A DNA stretch of 64,000 bases from Lama guanicoe (lineage: Eukaryota), in contig MU054323.1 of NCBI GenBank assembly GCA_013239625.1, forward strand, positions 10,633,186 through 10,697,185, written 5' to 3'. Shown here piece by piece: positions 39,501-52,959 of this stretch (positions are counted from its first letter, which is position 1; the number at the start of each line of letters is the position of its first letter). The translations under genes were made by a program, and so were the position numbers. The notes under the pieces are model-generated. The model was not told where the DNA came from, did not search any database, and saw only the letters and a program-made list of their open reading frames with translations.

Positions 39501-41689
39501 CCTGCAATTTCTAGGAAGCATTTATGTAGAATGTGGCATCTCTATTAGAATGAGGCTGGCTCTAGACAGCATGGTGAAAACATGGTAGTAGTTTGCACAC
39601 TGCTCAGCATGACATCCACCCAAATGGATCATTCCTGAAACCAGATGTTTGGAGGAGATCTCTGAGCAATGTGGCAGCCATGACAACCGGAGAAGGCTGA
39701 TCATCATCCTAGGAGTCCTTGACCTCAGAACATGCAAGATGGCCCTCCCTACTTATTCTTCTGTCTCTGCTGGTGAGGATCTCCTACATGTTAGAGGTGA
39801 ACCTGAGGTTCTTTCCTGATGTCAATCTCAAAACCCAGGCAGATACCAGGCTTCCTTAGCATGGACCCTGTGCTCTTCAGAAACTTCCAATCCACTGGGG
39901 GAGATGGACTTACTCACACCTAATTCTCACAGTAAGCAGATATGGTGGAGCCAAAGGTACACAGAACAAGAGACCTTCTGCCTGGAAGGACCAGAGGCTC
40001 AGGGAGGAGGAAACTTTTGGCTTCATTGTGAGGAATGAAAGGATATGGACAGATGGTAAAGGTTTAGCTAGGAAGTTTGTTAAGAATAGAGGAAGGAATG
40101 AGGTTATTCCAGGCAGGTGGGGAATGTTGCTTATTTTCATGTAGTTGTATGAATTTTGAAGCTGGACTACATAGCATTAAATCCCAGCTTAGATGGTATC
40201 ATAGTTAAAGGTAAAGTGTTTTCAGGTTCCAGCAGACAAAACTAGGGACTTACAGAGTTTTAAGGAAAAATCGTCTAGCAAATAGAGTCACTGTCACCAA
40301 ATGCAGGTCATTGGCCTCTCACTGGAATGGGTCTCATTCCTCTTCAGAGAGCATTAGCGAAGCGCCCCTGTTCCATGGAACTCTGTCCTCATAGTCAATC
40401 TTACAGTGATGCTGTCAATTAGAAATCATGACCATTCTCATTCTTCAGATGACAAACAGAATCAAAGAGAGTGGTTGAGTGGCTGAAGGTAATAACACTC
40501 ACAAGAATCAGAGCTGTGAATAAATTCTACATCTCAATCCCAGCTAGAGTTTCTACCCCACCACTCGGTGCTTTGCCTTCAAACAGAGGCTGGAAGATGT
40601 CTTGCTTGGATATCACAGAGGAGATTTAAATAGGCAACAAGGAGGTGAATGAAAGATCTGTGGTTCCCAAACCTAACCCTACAGTCCCTAGATCCCAGAA
40701 TCTTGTTTTTAAGATGTTTTCCAGGGGATGGGGAGGCAACTAGACTAGGCCTGGACATGGGTTTCTCCACACCAGGAACGGTACTGACCCTACACTGATG
40801 CAACCCTCAGGGCAGCATGAACCCACTGGGCTGACGGAGACCCAAGGAATTAAAGCAATGAGATGAATAAAGCAATAGATGGGAGTAACATGTAAGGAAA
40901 TGCTTTGTAGCCCAAGTACTAAGACAATATGAACCCCTGCATGTGCCTCTGCTGTGGAGGGGTTAAATGTGGGCCCTGCTAAGTTGCTGGTCTTGTCTGA
41001 ACCTCAGCTTTGCCACTAGCCCTGGGCAGATCACTGATCTCCCTAGGCCTAGTTTCCTCATCTGTAAGACGAGGCTACTTGACTAGGCTGCTGCAGGCCC
41101 TGACAGCTCACAATTTCTATGAATTTCTCACAGATCAAATTATTCTAGTCATCTACTCAAATGGGCTGGTTAAAGTCTTGTTAATCTGAAATCTCTTCTG
41201 ACATGAAGTTTTGCACCTGAGGTTGCTCTTGACAAAACATTTCATTTTAAGAGGATTTCCTCTCACGTTTCTTACTCTTGATCAGTCATTTTCCTGAATA
41301 TGTTTTGGACAGATGTCTTTCTAGGCTAGTTAGAAATGCTCTGTACACAATATCTCAGATGTCCTAAAGCTGTCAAAACAAAAATTCCTCAGCTCACTCA
41401 TGTCTGCTGAATATGCTTTCTTAGATTGAGAAGGAAAAAAAAAATTAGCCAGCCCAAAGTAAAGTCACAGCTTTGAAATCTAAACCAAAGTATGTTCAAT
41501 TCATTCTGTCCTTAGATATCTATCTTTCCTGCAACCAATTATTACGACTTTAGAAAAAGAGGATTTGTGGGAACATCCATACCTTTTACTAAAATAGAGA
41601 CCCTGAGGGGCAGAAAAGCTCCAGACTGGGAATTGAGAGACTTAAGTATATGCCTAATTTGCCCATGGATTGTTCAGTAAATGTTGCAG

Positions 41690-41885
41690 TTTTACCTAGT
41701 ATATGTTTATTAAGAACCCAACTAAGTACAAAACACTGGTTTAAGTACTCGGGATGCAAAGGAAACAAGATGTGGATTCCTTGACCCCTAAGAGCTTACA
41801 GTCTAGGAATCATGATGATTCAGGGCCACAAATATTTAAGATATGAGGAACAGTGTGACATCAGACGTGCAAAGTGCTGCAGAAA
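41690..41885 (-). mobile_element. L2 3' end
   Basis: atatgtttattaagaacccaactaagtacaaaacactgg...ccctaagagcttacagtctag. Confidence 0.65.
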
Positions 41886-42283
41886 GACATTATATAACCT
41901 TCCTTGATAAGAAAATGGGACAAAGTCTACAACCTTGCAGGTTATCCTAATTTGGGGTTAATGTGGTCACCAGCTGCGGGGTGTGAATGCTTACTATATG
42001 GTTTCCAAAAAGAAGCTCTACTAAATCTAACAGGCATACTGTGTCTTTGCTAAAACTGAAAAGCCTTATTTCCCAAGTAAACCTTCCTATTAGGTTTGAT
42101 GGTTCATCAGACCCAGGGACACTACAGTCACATACAAAACAATTGTACAACAAATATTTAAGCATCACCTTTCAGATGGATATTTAGGACTATCTTGGAT
42201 CTGTGATAAAAGTGAACTAGGCTAGAATCTCTCCGAGGAGCAAGAGCAAAGAGCTTGGCAATTGTAGACATTCACTGAATGAG

Positions 42284-42326
42284 TGGATGGATGGATGGAT
42301 GGATGGATGGATAGACAGATAGATAG
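42284..42326 (+). repeat. (GGAT)n-(AGAT)n tetranucleotide microsatellite, probably an expanded L2 tail
   Basis: tggatggatggat...agacagatagatag, following cattcactgaatgag. Confidence 0.9.
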
Positions 42327-42869
42327 GTAAAAGGGACATTTAAAATCTCTGCCTTCCACTACCCAGTTGGGTAAATTAGGCTCATCCATGATTGCTTTAT
42401 CATGCGACCTAGTTTACACCTGGGCCATAAAAGGGATGAAATAAAAACTAGTAATTTGGCTCATAAGAAACATCAAGGAAGCCCCAGGTTTTGTGGAATG
42501 TGATTCTTGGATAATTTGGGATGCTCAGGAAATAACCATTCCCTGCACAAGCCAGAATCTTCTCAGATTTCAAGGGGGAGATTATACCATCCAAGTGTTA
42601 TCAACAAAATTCCATCAACATTTTCCATTAAAAAATTCCAAGGGGAAAGAGACATCAGGGTAGCCAGGGTACTCAAGAAATCTCTGAGGTAGAAGCAGGG
42701 ACTGAGCTGGCCTTACAAACTGGAGCAGGTAGGATCTAGGAAAATAAGATCAAGGGAAGGACAAACTAACTGGGGACAAAATGGAATGAGAAAGAAGGAA
42801 ATATGGGGGAAGGAGGAGGAATGTAAAACTTAAAGGATACTTACCAGGGTGAGGAAGGCCTTCTTACAG

Positions 42870-43825
42870 ACCTTGTCCTCTAGTTGACTTCAATACTACT
42901 GATGACATTACATCTAAAATTCTTTATCCCTTTTGTTTCTGTGGCTATTCTACCATCTGGTTTTCCTCCTATCATTCCTATTTCTCCATCTCTGTCATGC
43001 TTCTTTTCTGTTTACCTCCTAAATGTAAAATCTTGGATTCCCTCTGGGTCTTCATTCTCCAATCACAACCTCAACCATAGTCTATGATAATGACTCTATT
43101 GCACCTCTCTCCTCAAATTCAAGTCATGGATTTACAATTCTCTACTGGCCATCTTCACCTGGATATCCTGTAAGTACTGCAAATGTAACTTGTTCTACTT
43201 AGATCTCACCATCTTCTTCTCTCCCTCTAAGTGTCGTGGTCACCCTTTCTCCTTGCCAAATGTTTCTCCTTCTTCCTACTTCTGATAATGGGATCTCCAC
43301 TGACCCAGTTACTCAGGCTGGACTCTCCTGAATGGGCAACCAAGCCATGCTTACCTTATAGCCAGAATCTCTCCCATGTTCTCCTCCTGCCCTTCCTTTT
43401 CCAGTCTATGCTTCCCATGTAGGATCAGATCTAAACCCTCAGTACACCCAGAAGTAACTGTTTTTTCAGGCTCACTTCTCCCTCTCCCTGTCTCCACAGG
43501 TCCTCTATACCCTGTGTCACTGAGCTTGACCTGTTCCTGAACACACCTGTGCACATTGATTCCCTCTGGCTGGAATGGCCCTTCTCACTGGTCCCTGAGG
43601 TCCAAGATCCAGCTCAGTTCTCCAGAACATCTACTTTTCTAAGTCTTCCATAGAACTGGCTCCCCGTCCCTATGTTTCAGGGAGATTTGAACATGCTTCT
43701 GTTACTGCACCTGTCATAGAGCAGGCGTGTCTGCCTCTTCCTCAAGAGCTCCTAGTACTATTTGTATTTATCATGACCATGCCTAGAGCAGAATCAGGCA
43801 TAAAGTTGGTGCTTAAAGAATGATT
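42870..43825 (+). mobile_element. L2 LINE 3' portion
   Basis: ctactggccatcttcacctggatatcc; gattccctctggctggaatggccc; ends cctagagcagaatcaggcataaagttggtgcttaaagaatg. Confidence 0.7.
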
Positions 43826-45185
43826 ATACCCATCCTCCCATTCTCTGTGGTATCTGAGACACACTTAGGGGAAAATGATGTAGGCAGGTTGGTAGAGATG
43901 CAGAAACAACCCCTAGGAGGAGGTCAAGATTGGAACAGACATTAGGGAGCCACCTGTGCAGGTGTGCAAGCTGAGACCATATTAACAGAAGAAAGAAAAC
44001 ATGACCAGGAGGCCACACAACTCTGAGTGATTCTTTCCACATTTGTTGGTCTGGCTGTCTGTCTCTGTTTCTATTCCCTCATCAGTCTCTCTTTTTTTCC
44101 CTTTTGTCAATCCCTTTCCCCCTCTGCCTGTGAAAATCATTTTAGGTGGATCTCTTTTGACTTGATTTTCTTGCCTTTGTGTCAGTTGGTCAATTATTCT
44201 TTTATTATCTTTTAATCTGATGTGTTTTCCTTTGCTTCTCCTTACTCAGTCTGCCACTAACAAAGAGATAAATTGTTGGTATTTATTGAGTGGATCTATG
44301 TGCCGTCATTTTAAAGGTAAGGAATATGATCAAGTGGGACATTTTAAATAAGTCTCTCCTAAAACACATAAGCCAACTGCTTTTTATTTAATTTCCGTGG
44401 ACTAAGTTCATTAGTTCCCAGCAGGTCACTGGTCCTCAGGGGACAGATGTTCCCCGCTCTTGGTCGTGCATGACTGCTGGCATTGTTGTCCCCTTTGGGA
44501 CTCAGTCTTTATGGTGAATGTAACCAAGGAGAGCCTTGAGTTTACCATGCTGTAGATAAAAATACAGAGGTGTGAACTAGGAAAGAACTTGACTCAGTGG
44601 ATCAGGGCTGGGAAGAGAACACAAAAAGGCCTGGTCTATCAGGGCAGAGGAACTGGTAAGAAAGCTTTCAGCCCTAACAATGGTCCACAAGGGAGTGGGG
44701 TGGTGTTTTTCACTGATGCCAGGCTTTTGAGGGCAGAATGGCTGATCACACGTAATTTCAGAAATGTGATCAAACTGACTTCCTGTCAGAGCTATGAAGC
44801 AAATCACATAGGAGGCCAGAGGGCCTTTTGTTTTTCATTTTTGATTCTGTGGTAGGTTGAATTTTTTTTTTAAGAGAGAGAGACAGATTTAATTTATCCA
44901 GTCTTTTCAATCAAAGAAATTGATACATTAACAAGACTGGTGGTGGTGGTAGCAGCAGCAACAGGAGAAGTAATTAAACAGCCCAATTTTTCTTTGTTTC
45001 CAAAAGCACCAGTCCCTAAATTGGACGGGTCCCAATGGACTTCAAAGCAGACAAAGTTTTTGTAGAACTTTTATTTAAAAGTCCAACAATGGTTTTGTTG
45101 TGCCCTGATGTTGAGATGTTGAGAGGGCTCTTTCTTTTCCTGGATTCAATGCCCTGGACATTAGAGGACTGGAGCAATGAAGGAT

Positions 45186-45631
45186 TGTATCTGCAAACTA
45201 CTACAAAATACTACAAACTTGGTGAGTTAAGACAGCAGAAATTTATTCTCTCACTATTCTGGAGGCCAGAAGTCCAAAACCAAGGTTTCAACAGGGCTGT
45301 GTGCCAATGGCTCTAGGGGAGAATCTGTCCCATGCCTTTCCCCTAGCTTTTGGCAGTTGCTGGCAATCTTTGGCATTCCTTGGCTCGTAGATGCATCATT
45401 CTAATCTCTGCCTCCATTATTACATGGCGTTCATCCTGTGTACCTGTCTGTATGTGTCTCCCCTTCTTATAAGGACATTTGTTATATTGCATTATGGCCC
45501 ACTCTAATCCAGTATGGACTCAACCTAATTGCATTTACCAAGATCCTATTTTTAAATATGGTCACATTCACAGACACTAGGGGTTAGGACTTCAATATAC
45601 CTTTCTGGGGCACAAAATTCAACCTATAGCA
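45186..45631 (-). mobile_element. MLT1 (MLT1B/C-like) solo LTR
   Basis: tgta...cagaaatttattctctcactattctggaggccagaagtccaaa...ggtcacattcacagacactaggggttaggacttcaa...tatagca. 5-bp flanks aggat / gggat. Confidence 0.9.
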
Positions 45632-45874
45632 GGGATCAGAGTCTATGGTAGGGAAGATAAGACTGTCCATGGTGCCTGAGGGACTACATCCATATTTAGA
45701 AAGAGGTGAGTTACCCAGCCTGCCTGGGATAGTCTCAATTTGGGGACATCAAGTCTTGGTCCTACAGCTGCCCAGATCTTGGATATCAGGTTGATCATTT
45801 AGTCTAAACATCAGGTTGTTCAGAAAATGAAAGCCCTCTCCACAGAATGGGGACTTCATCTGTGAATTAACTTT

Positions 45875-46090
45875 ATGATGTGGTAGAAAGAGCACTCAAC
45901 CTAGAATCATAAAATATGGGTTCAGTCTTTTCTAACGATCACCTGCTCCATAACTTGAGAGCATGGTCAATTACTGTCTTCAGCCCTCAATTTACTCTTC
46001 TTTAAAAATGGGATATAAAACAATTTTCACCCACCACAACTTTATAACAAGTTTAAGTGAGAAAAGGTGGCAAGAAGAGTTTTGCAAAGT
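45875..46090 (+). mobile_element. MIR SINE
   Basis: gtggtagaaagagcactcaacctagaatcataaaatatgggttc...ctttaaaaatgggata. Confidence 0.7.
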
Positions 46091-49000
46091 ATCAAACTTT
46101 TTTTTTCCCAATAAATGAAAATTCTCTTCTTCCTCCTCATCTGAGCAGAACCTTTTCTTTTTCTGTTTTAAACGTTGATCTGATTCTTCTTCTACCCAGA
46201 ATGGGCAAACATGAATTAAAGTTGAGCAGGATACCATCAACTTTTGTGGCTCTAGAACTCAAGGTGATCAAAACCCCCAGTGGCCTCAATCTGTGAGCTA
46301 CCTGAAGTTACTAGATGGAAGAGACTTTTTATCTGGGTAGGGAGTTAGAGCCCAATCCTCTGGCCAAGCCTATAAGTAAGTCTTAAGGCATCAAAGCTAG
46401 ATGATAAAAGGAAAAAAATTCTTTGTTTAGATGCCCTTCCTCCTTCAAAGCCTTGGGGGAAGAATGTGCAGCTCTGTTTGTTGATGATGAAATTAGTGGG
46501 CTCCCATCATTCAAGACAAAAGATGAGAAAGAGCTGGAATCCGATACCAAATGCCATTGAAGAGAATATATTTTATACAACATAAAAGTCCCCAACGTAA
46601 ATTAGAAGAAATACGAGGAGACTTCAAAAAGGTAGGTCAAACTTTTTCCTCAAGCAGATAATCACAAGCTGGGGTGAGTAAATCTTACTAGCCTCTCTCC
46701 ACCTTGTCTCTTCTCATAAAACACCAGTGAAAGGAAAGCCATACTCAATTCAGGACTGGACAGCTTGCCTGAGAGGGCTGGCCCACTGCTGTGCATCATG
46801 CTGCCTGCTGTCAGGTTGTTGACGCCTACCCGTACCGCCCCCTCCTGCTCCCGGATCCAGACTTTCTCTCCCGCCCCTGCCCCAGAATGCAGGCGAAGAC
46901 AGCCACCAGGCACAAAGCTCTACCACTCAAGTGCCCACATTGACTTGCTGAGACTTGGTTACTTCTCACTGTCTGAAGAACTATCCCTTCAGGTGGCAAT
47001 TTTCCAGTCAAATTTCTCTGCCCAAGTTTGAGGCCTTAAGATTAATGAAGTTGTTAACATTCCTTAAAATGTCTTCCATGGCAGTTGAAAGGTGTGGATT
47101 TATCACCAGTCAGCCTGCTGGCCTCTTTGGTTCGTTCCTAAGGAGATGTGAATTAAGCCTCGCAAACATCCTTAAGGGGACAGGAGCCTCGGTCTTCAGT
47201 TTGCTCTGCCCTGAGTCTCAGGACTAGTCCTCAACCTCTGTGCCCCAGAGGTGCTCTCTGTGGATGGGCTGAGCTGCCCACAGAATTGTTTCTCTGGCCA
47301 ATGAGCTCTGAGAGAGCAGAAGCAAGTCTCACCCATGTTTGTTTTTGTATCACCTCTAGCATGTGGCACTGGACCAGGCACATACAGGTGGTGGTGGGGA
47401 CAGGTGGGTCTTTATGAGTGTCAGCTGAATTAAATATCAGAAGAAGATGAAAAGGCTCTGAATTTACCACTGTACTCAGTCAAGGAGCCACCAATCAAGA
47501 ATCATTTCTTCCCATCTTGTGAATCAATAGCCATAATTGTGCCGACTTTATTGAGCATTTGGGCAATGTCTGCCCGATTGTTAGGGTTCTCTCCTCTGCC
47601 AAGAAGGCAGATCATGCAGATTCTAGGCCACACAGAGCATCTGAAAGGGATCCTGGGACTCCTCCAGATCTACTCGTTTGCCCCAAGGAGCACATCACCC
47701 CATCCTCATTTTATAGATGAGAAAGGTGAGTCCCAGGGAGAGGAAGTAACATATCAGAGCCAAGCTGTGGGCAGGTAGCAGTTTAAATTGGCTCCAGTGG
47801 GTCTGTCCTCTCCCTGCAGCCTCTTTCTGGATGTTTCAGAGAGAACAGATGCTATGCCCTCTGTGTCATGCAGGAGGCAGACCTGCCTTTTTTGGACATA
47901 CTGCATTTTATAAAAGTTGTGGAGACACTGAATGACTTCAATTCAAATTCAAAAATGTTATCCAAAGACAGGTTTTATCACAAATCTGGTTTTACAAAGC
48001 AGTAACAATATAAAGGACCAGATTTTAATTATTTATAAACACCTGCCCTTATCCTAAGATGACACTCAATGTCTGATTTAAATGAAATCAAGAAGTAATT
48101 CTTATCTGGAATCTCCTGACAACTACAGACCTTCCCCTCCCACTGGAGAGGCTTAGGGATAGCAGGAAACATCCCAGCAGTGTACATTCAGTCATAAATT
48201 GCCCTAGGGTTTTTGATGCATTTTTTTTTTAAGTTTAAAATGAAAGGTACAGTTAATATGAACCAAGACTTACTGCCTTACGAATGAGGGTTACCAGCAA
48301 GTGGAAGATCTCTGCTAGGTGCACTTTAAAAAGCTTGGGCCCAAGGGCAGAGACTGAGTGGCAAGAATAGGTAAATATGCCCAGAAGGGAATCTAGAACT
48401 TAGTGCTGTTCATAAATACTTAATTCAATCATGCCTGATGAGTGAATTCCACCCCTGAAGGCTTTCTGCATTCATTCATCATGCAGAAGCCTCTATGAGT
48501 TTCTTCTACATGATGGGATACAGTGGGGAGCAAACACAGCTTAGTGTCTGCCCTCATGAGTTTCACTCCAGAGGAATTCAAGAGAAGAAAAAATGTCCAG
48601 GTGGAAATACATCAGCCCTCCTCTAAACCTGCCCTTTCCTCTACAAAGACACATTTCCTGTGAGCTATTAGGATGAACGTGGAGGATGAGGAATGCTACA
48701 CCACAAAAATATGGCCTCAGCCTAGGAGTCTGAGTAGGTAGCTCCCTAGGAGAAAAAGTGAACATAAGGGAAGAATTCTGGTTTTATAGTTAGAAAATTG
48801 ACTCTGTACAACTTTATTATGCTCAGTTTCTACATCTGTAGAAATGGAATGGGACCTGGCTTCCTTACCTCCGAGGTTGTTACAGAATCACATGAGCTGA
48901 AAGAATATCTAGGAACATGTCTGTATACTCTTAAGGAGGTACCTAAACAAAAGTGAGTCACTGGAGGAGCCCCAAAAGACCTGCAACCCTCATAATAACA

Positions 49001-49351
49001 ACCCTCTCTCAAGAGATCACCATCATTAGAAATACTCGCAGGTTAGAACCCTGCTCCTAGAGAGCCACAGTCAAAATGCAAATAAGCATCACATCTAATG
49101 GCTGTTAAGGGGACGTCAGGAATACCATAAACTGTAAAGGCTGGGGCGTAAGATATGGCAGAAACAATGCCCTTGGCCTCCTCCAGGATACACAATGCAG
49201 CTGTCCGTATGGAGAGGCCAGGCCTGGCAGGAATGGTCTTGTGGAATTGGGTGTCAATAGAAGACTCAGGGCACAGAAAGACTTCTTCCCTGAAAAGCCA
49301 TACATCACAAACTGAAACTCGAACTTCTTTAATTATGAGATGGTGACATTA

Positions 49352-49564
<213 letters not shown>

Positions 49565-50389
49565 TTATATCACTTATAAAAGAAAATTTCTAAGAGGCTT
49601 TCATGGTATCAACTGGAAAACAGAGAAAAAAGACTAAGCCACTAGTAGATTTAATTGACCTCAGGACCTCAATGCGCATTTGCTACCAAGGGCAGCCAAT
49701 CTAAGATGTCTGAATCTTGTGACCAAGGCATGCCAAAGACCTCTGGGAGATGAACTAGAAGCCAGGCTACTTAATGGCTTGTCTAATAGCTCTATCCAAA
49801 GTCTATTCTGCCTATAAGAATTTGTGTAACTTGATGGAGAACTTTAATTCGTCTGATCCAAATAATGCCTCCACTCTACTTTATGTTCAGACTTGTAACT
49901 TCATCTAATGTTTGCTTGGGTTATTGCCTTATCAATGAGAGGGTTGGAACTGCACTCAGAAGTTATGAGTTTTTGAAAATTATGTTATTTTCAGGAAAAA
50001 AAAAAGTTAGGTGATGAGTTTTCCCATAGCCAAGAGTCCAGGGAGCCACAACGGATTAATGTTTCTGATTTGCATGAAAGAAAGAAGGGTTGAGAGAAAA
50101 GGAGCAAAAGCGGCATTATTCCTTTGCTTAACAGTACCTCAAGTGGGTTTCATGTGGTGAAAGTAATTATAATATATCTACAAATCAAATGAACATAGGC
50201 TGCATGCTCTTATACAGTTCTTCCCAGAAATCCCCAACTCAATCACTATTTGCTGAAGTTTTATGGCAGGCAAAGCTTTTTCTGTTAAAGAAGGAAGGGT
50301 TTGAGAATCATTTCTGTTTAGGAGATAGACACATAGCAAGACTGGGTGTGGGAAGGAGGCAGGGAAGGGAACTAGAGTTTCCTCTGCAA

Positions 50390-50560
50390 TTTCCATGGGC
50401 CAGGCACCATGCTGAGCTCTTACACAGAATTTCACAGTGATTCTCTGAGATAAGGATTATCATCTCCGTTTTACATATGCAACAACTGAGGCTCAGAGGG
50501 GCAAATAATGGAATTGGGGACTGAAGCCAGCTTTGCCTAGCCTCAAAAGGCCCTGCTCTA
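50390..50560 (-). mobile_element. MIR SINE
   Basis: atgggccaggcaccatgctgagc...ttatcatctccgttttacatatgcaacaactgaggctcagag. Confidence 0.8.
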
Positions 50561-51269
50561 CCATGAGTGGGTTGGTTTCCTACTCAAATGGTAACTATTA
50601 AGCCACCTAGAGTGATTTCATGAAGAGGAAGAGGAGGAAGAAGAGAAAGGAAAAAGGGAAGCAACAGTAGCAGAAGCATTTTTCAATCTATCTGCTTCAG
50701 AGCTTTTTCCACATCACCTCCAGCACCCACTCCTCCAGGCCCTATTCTGCCTTCAAGCCCCTTTAGGATCAATCCCTCTTCACACATTTTAAAGAAATAA
50801 TTGCCCTGGGTGGCCATGGCAGCCTTCTGTTTCCAGACCACTCCACTGTTCTGTCTGCAGGTGCTGCACGTGGGTACATGCCCCTGCAACTAGAACAGAA
50901 TGGACATTCTATGTTCTCCTTCCTAAAAGAAACTTCTTTTTTCTGTCTTCCAAAGATTTGAGCTGGAAGTGGTGGCTTCTGAGTACCTAGAAAAGAGTTT
51001 TTGACTTTTCTCCCACATCCAATCTAAAGAAATAAGAAATGAATTGGTTGGTGCCCAGATAACATCTTTCTGGTAGCATTTCTACAAAATGGCTCAGAGG
51101 AATGCACTGAAAGGCATCAGAGGTTATGCTATTAAGTTTCAGACAGCAGCCATCCCATTTCACTATCATATCAACTCTGCTTTATAGATGGGCAGTGGGG
51201 CTGAGAGAAATGAGGTCCAAGACCATATAGGTCTACTTAGGCTTGAGTTTATTTAGAGTTTTAAAGGAT

Positions 51270-51510
51270 TAATAACATGAAGTGAGCATATATGGACCAG
51301 ACACTGTGCTAAGTGTTTTAAATGTGTGATTACATTCACTTTTTACCATAATCTTGTGAATAAGTACTATTATTTGTCCTTATTTTGAGCCTAGGGAAAC
51401 TGAGGCTAAGGGAGGTTAAATACCCTGACTGGGGTCCCATGGCCAGCAGGCAAGAGACCAGAATCAACAGACCAGGTTGGCCTGACTCGATAGCCCATGC
51501 TCCTTTCACC
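51270..51510 (-). mobile_element. MIR SINE
   Basis: ccagacactgtgctaagtgttttaaatg...ggaaactgaggctaagggaggttaaata. Confidence 0.8.
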
Positions 51511-52959
51511 ACCCTTCGTGGACCCCCTACAAACTACTGCATGGTGATTCTCATCTCTTTACAGGACCCTTCAGAGTCCTCAAAGGCCAATGACTAAGGT
51601 CAGAGATCAAAGTATGCTCCAGAACAGGGCAAAAGTGTAAAGGGTGTGAGAAGATTCTGACAACCAACTTCTTGCAATGACCCTCTTGTGAATAACAATT
51701 GTCACCCCTATGTGTGAGTCATCAGCATAGCTCAAATTTTAAGTAATTCTGAAGCAAAAGGAAGATCAAGTCTAGGCAATACTTCCCTGTTCCAGAATGA
51801 TGTCATTTTTCTTAGCCATACAGTATGTGAATGGTATTTACTTCTTTCTGGATGTGAAGCACCAAGCGGATGGGGCTAGATTTCAGGAAGCACTTATAAA
51901 TCTGTGAGTGGGCACATGGCAGATGACTTTTAATATGGATATGGGCCAGGTTATACACTCAGGGATAAAAAATACCTGAAATCATTCAAAAGGAAGGGCT
52001 CTGAGGGCTGAGTCATGGCCCAGCAAGGAGACATGGGAGTCACTGTGGGTCATCCCTAAAGACATAAGCTTAAAGCATTTTATAGCCAAAAATGCCAATA
52101 AATAGTTGGTCATCTTCAAAGTTGAATCCTGGAAAGAGAGTAAGCAAGCATTTTTATCCAGCCCTTACAGGAACTCAGAATTTCTGCAAGTAGGCTGCAT
52201 TCACATGGTCCCCTGAGGGAGGTGGATAGTGATTTGCTGGATGAGGCTGGGGGAGCTAATGGAGGGGTCAGCCAAAAGGATGGGCCTCGTTACCTGAAAA
52301 GATAAAGACCAAGAAAAACACTGTCTACATGAATGAGATTGTTTGCCAAAATTAGAAGCACTGACACAGAAGTGTGTTCTAGTCAAAGTTAATACCATAT
52401 GCACAAATTTAGAACATACAGAAGAAAGTACAGCACTTAAGTGCAGGAAAGAGGCTCTCTGCTCCCTTCACACTCCCTCTCCCCTGATCCTCACCCCTGG
52501 TGGGAAGGGGAGTTTCCAGCATAGAGAAAAGTGACTCCATAGAAGCAATCCATTTTAAGCAAGAGGAAAGCTTGGCTTTTGGTGCTTTCCTTGGAAAATA
52601 TAAGGTGCCTGAGTGAAATGGGTCTCCCCAGCATGGACTTACAAGGTCAAAGTGTGAATTAAGACCGACTGGCTCAACTAGAGTATATCCTGGACCCTAG
52701 GGAAGAGGGGTACAAAGGAAAGAAGAGGAGGAAGTAGCAGCAAAAGATTCTAGTGCCCAAGTGATGGCCGAAACCACCTGAGGAGAAAAGTAAAGAAATG
52801 TATTCTGGACTGAGGGCATTACTGATTGGTTACAGGTAAAATTGGTTGAGGTTTTTGTTTTGTTTTGTTTTCTGGTGATATCCTGAGCCCTTTCCAGGCA
52901 CCACATGGTGTCTAGGAAGAGTGGAACCCCTAACCTTTTGACACTATTCTTTTTCCACC

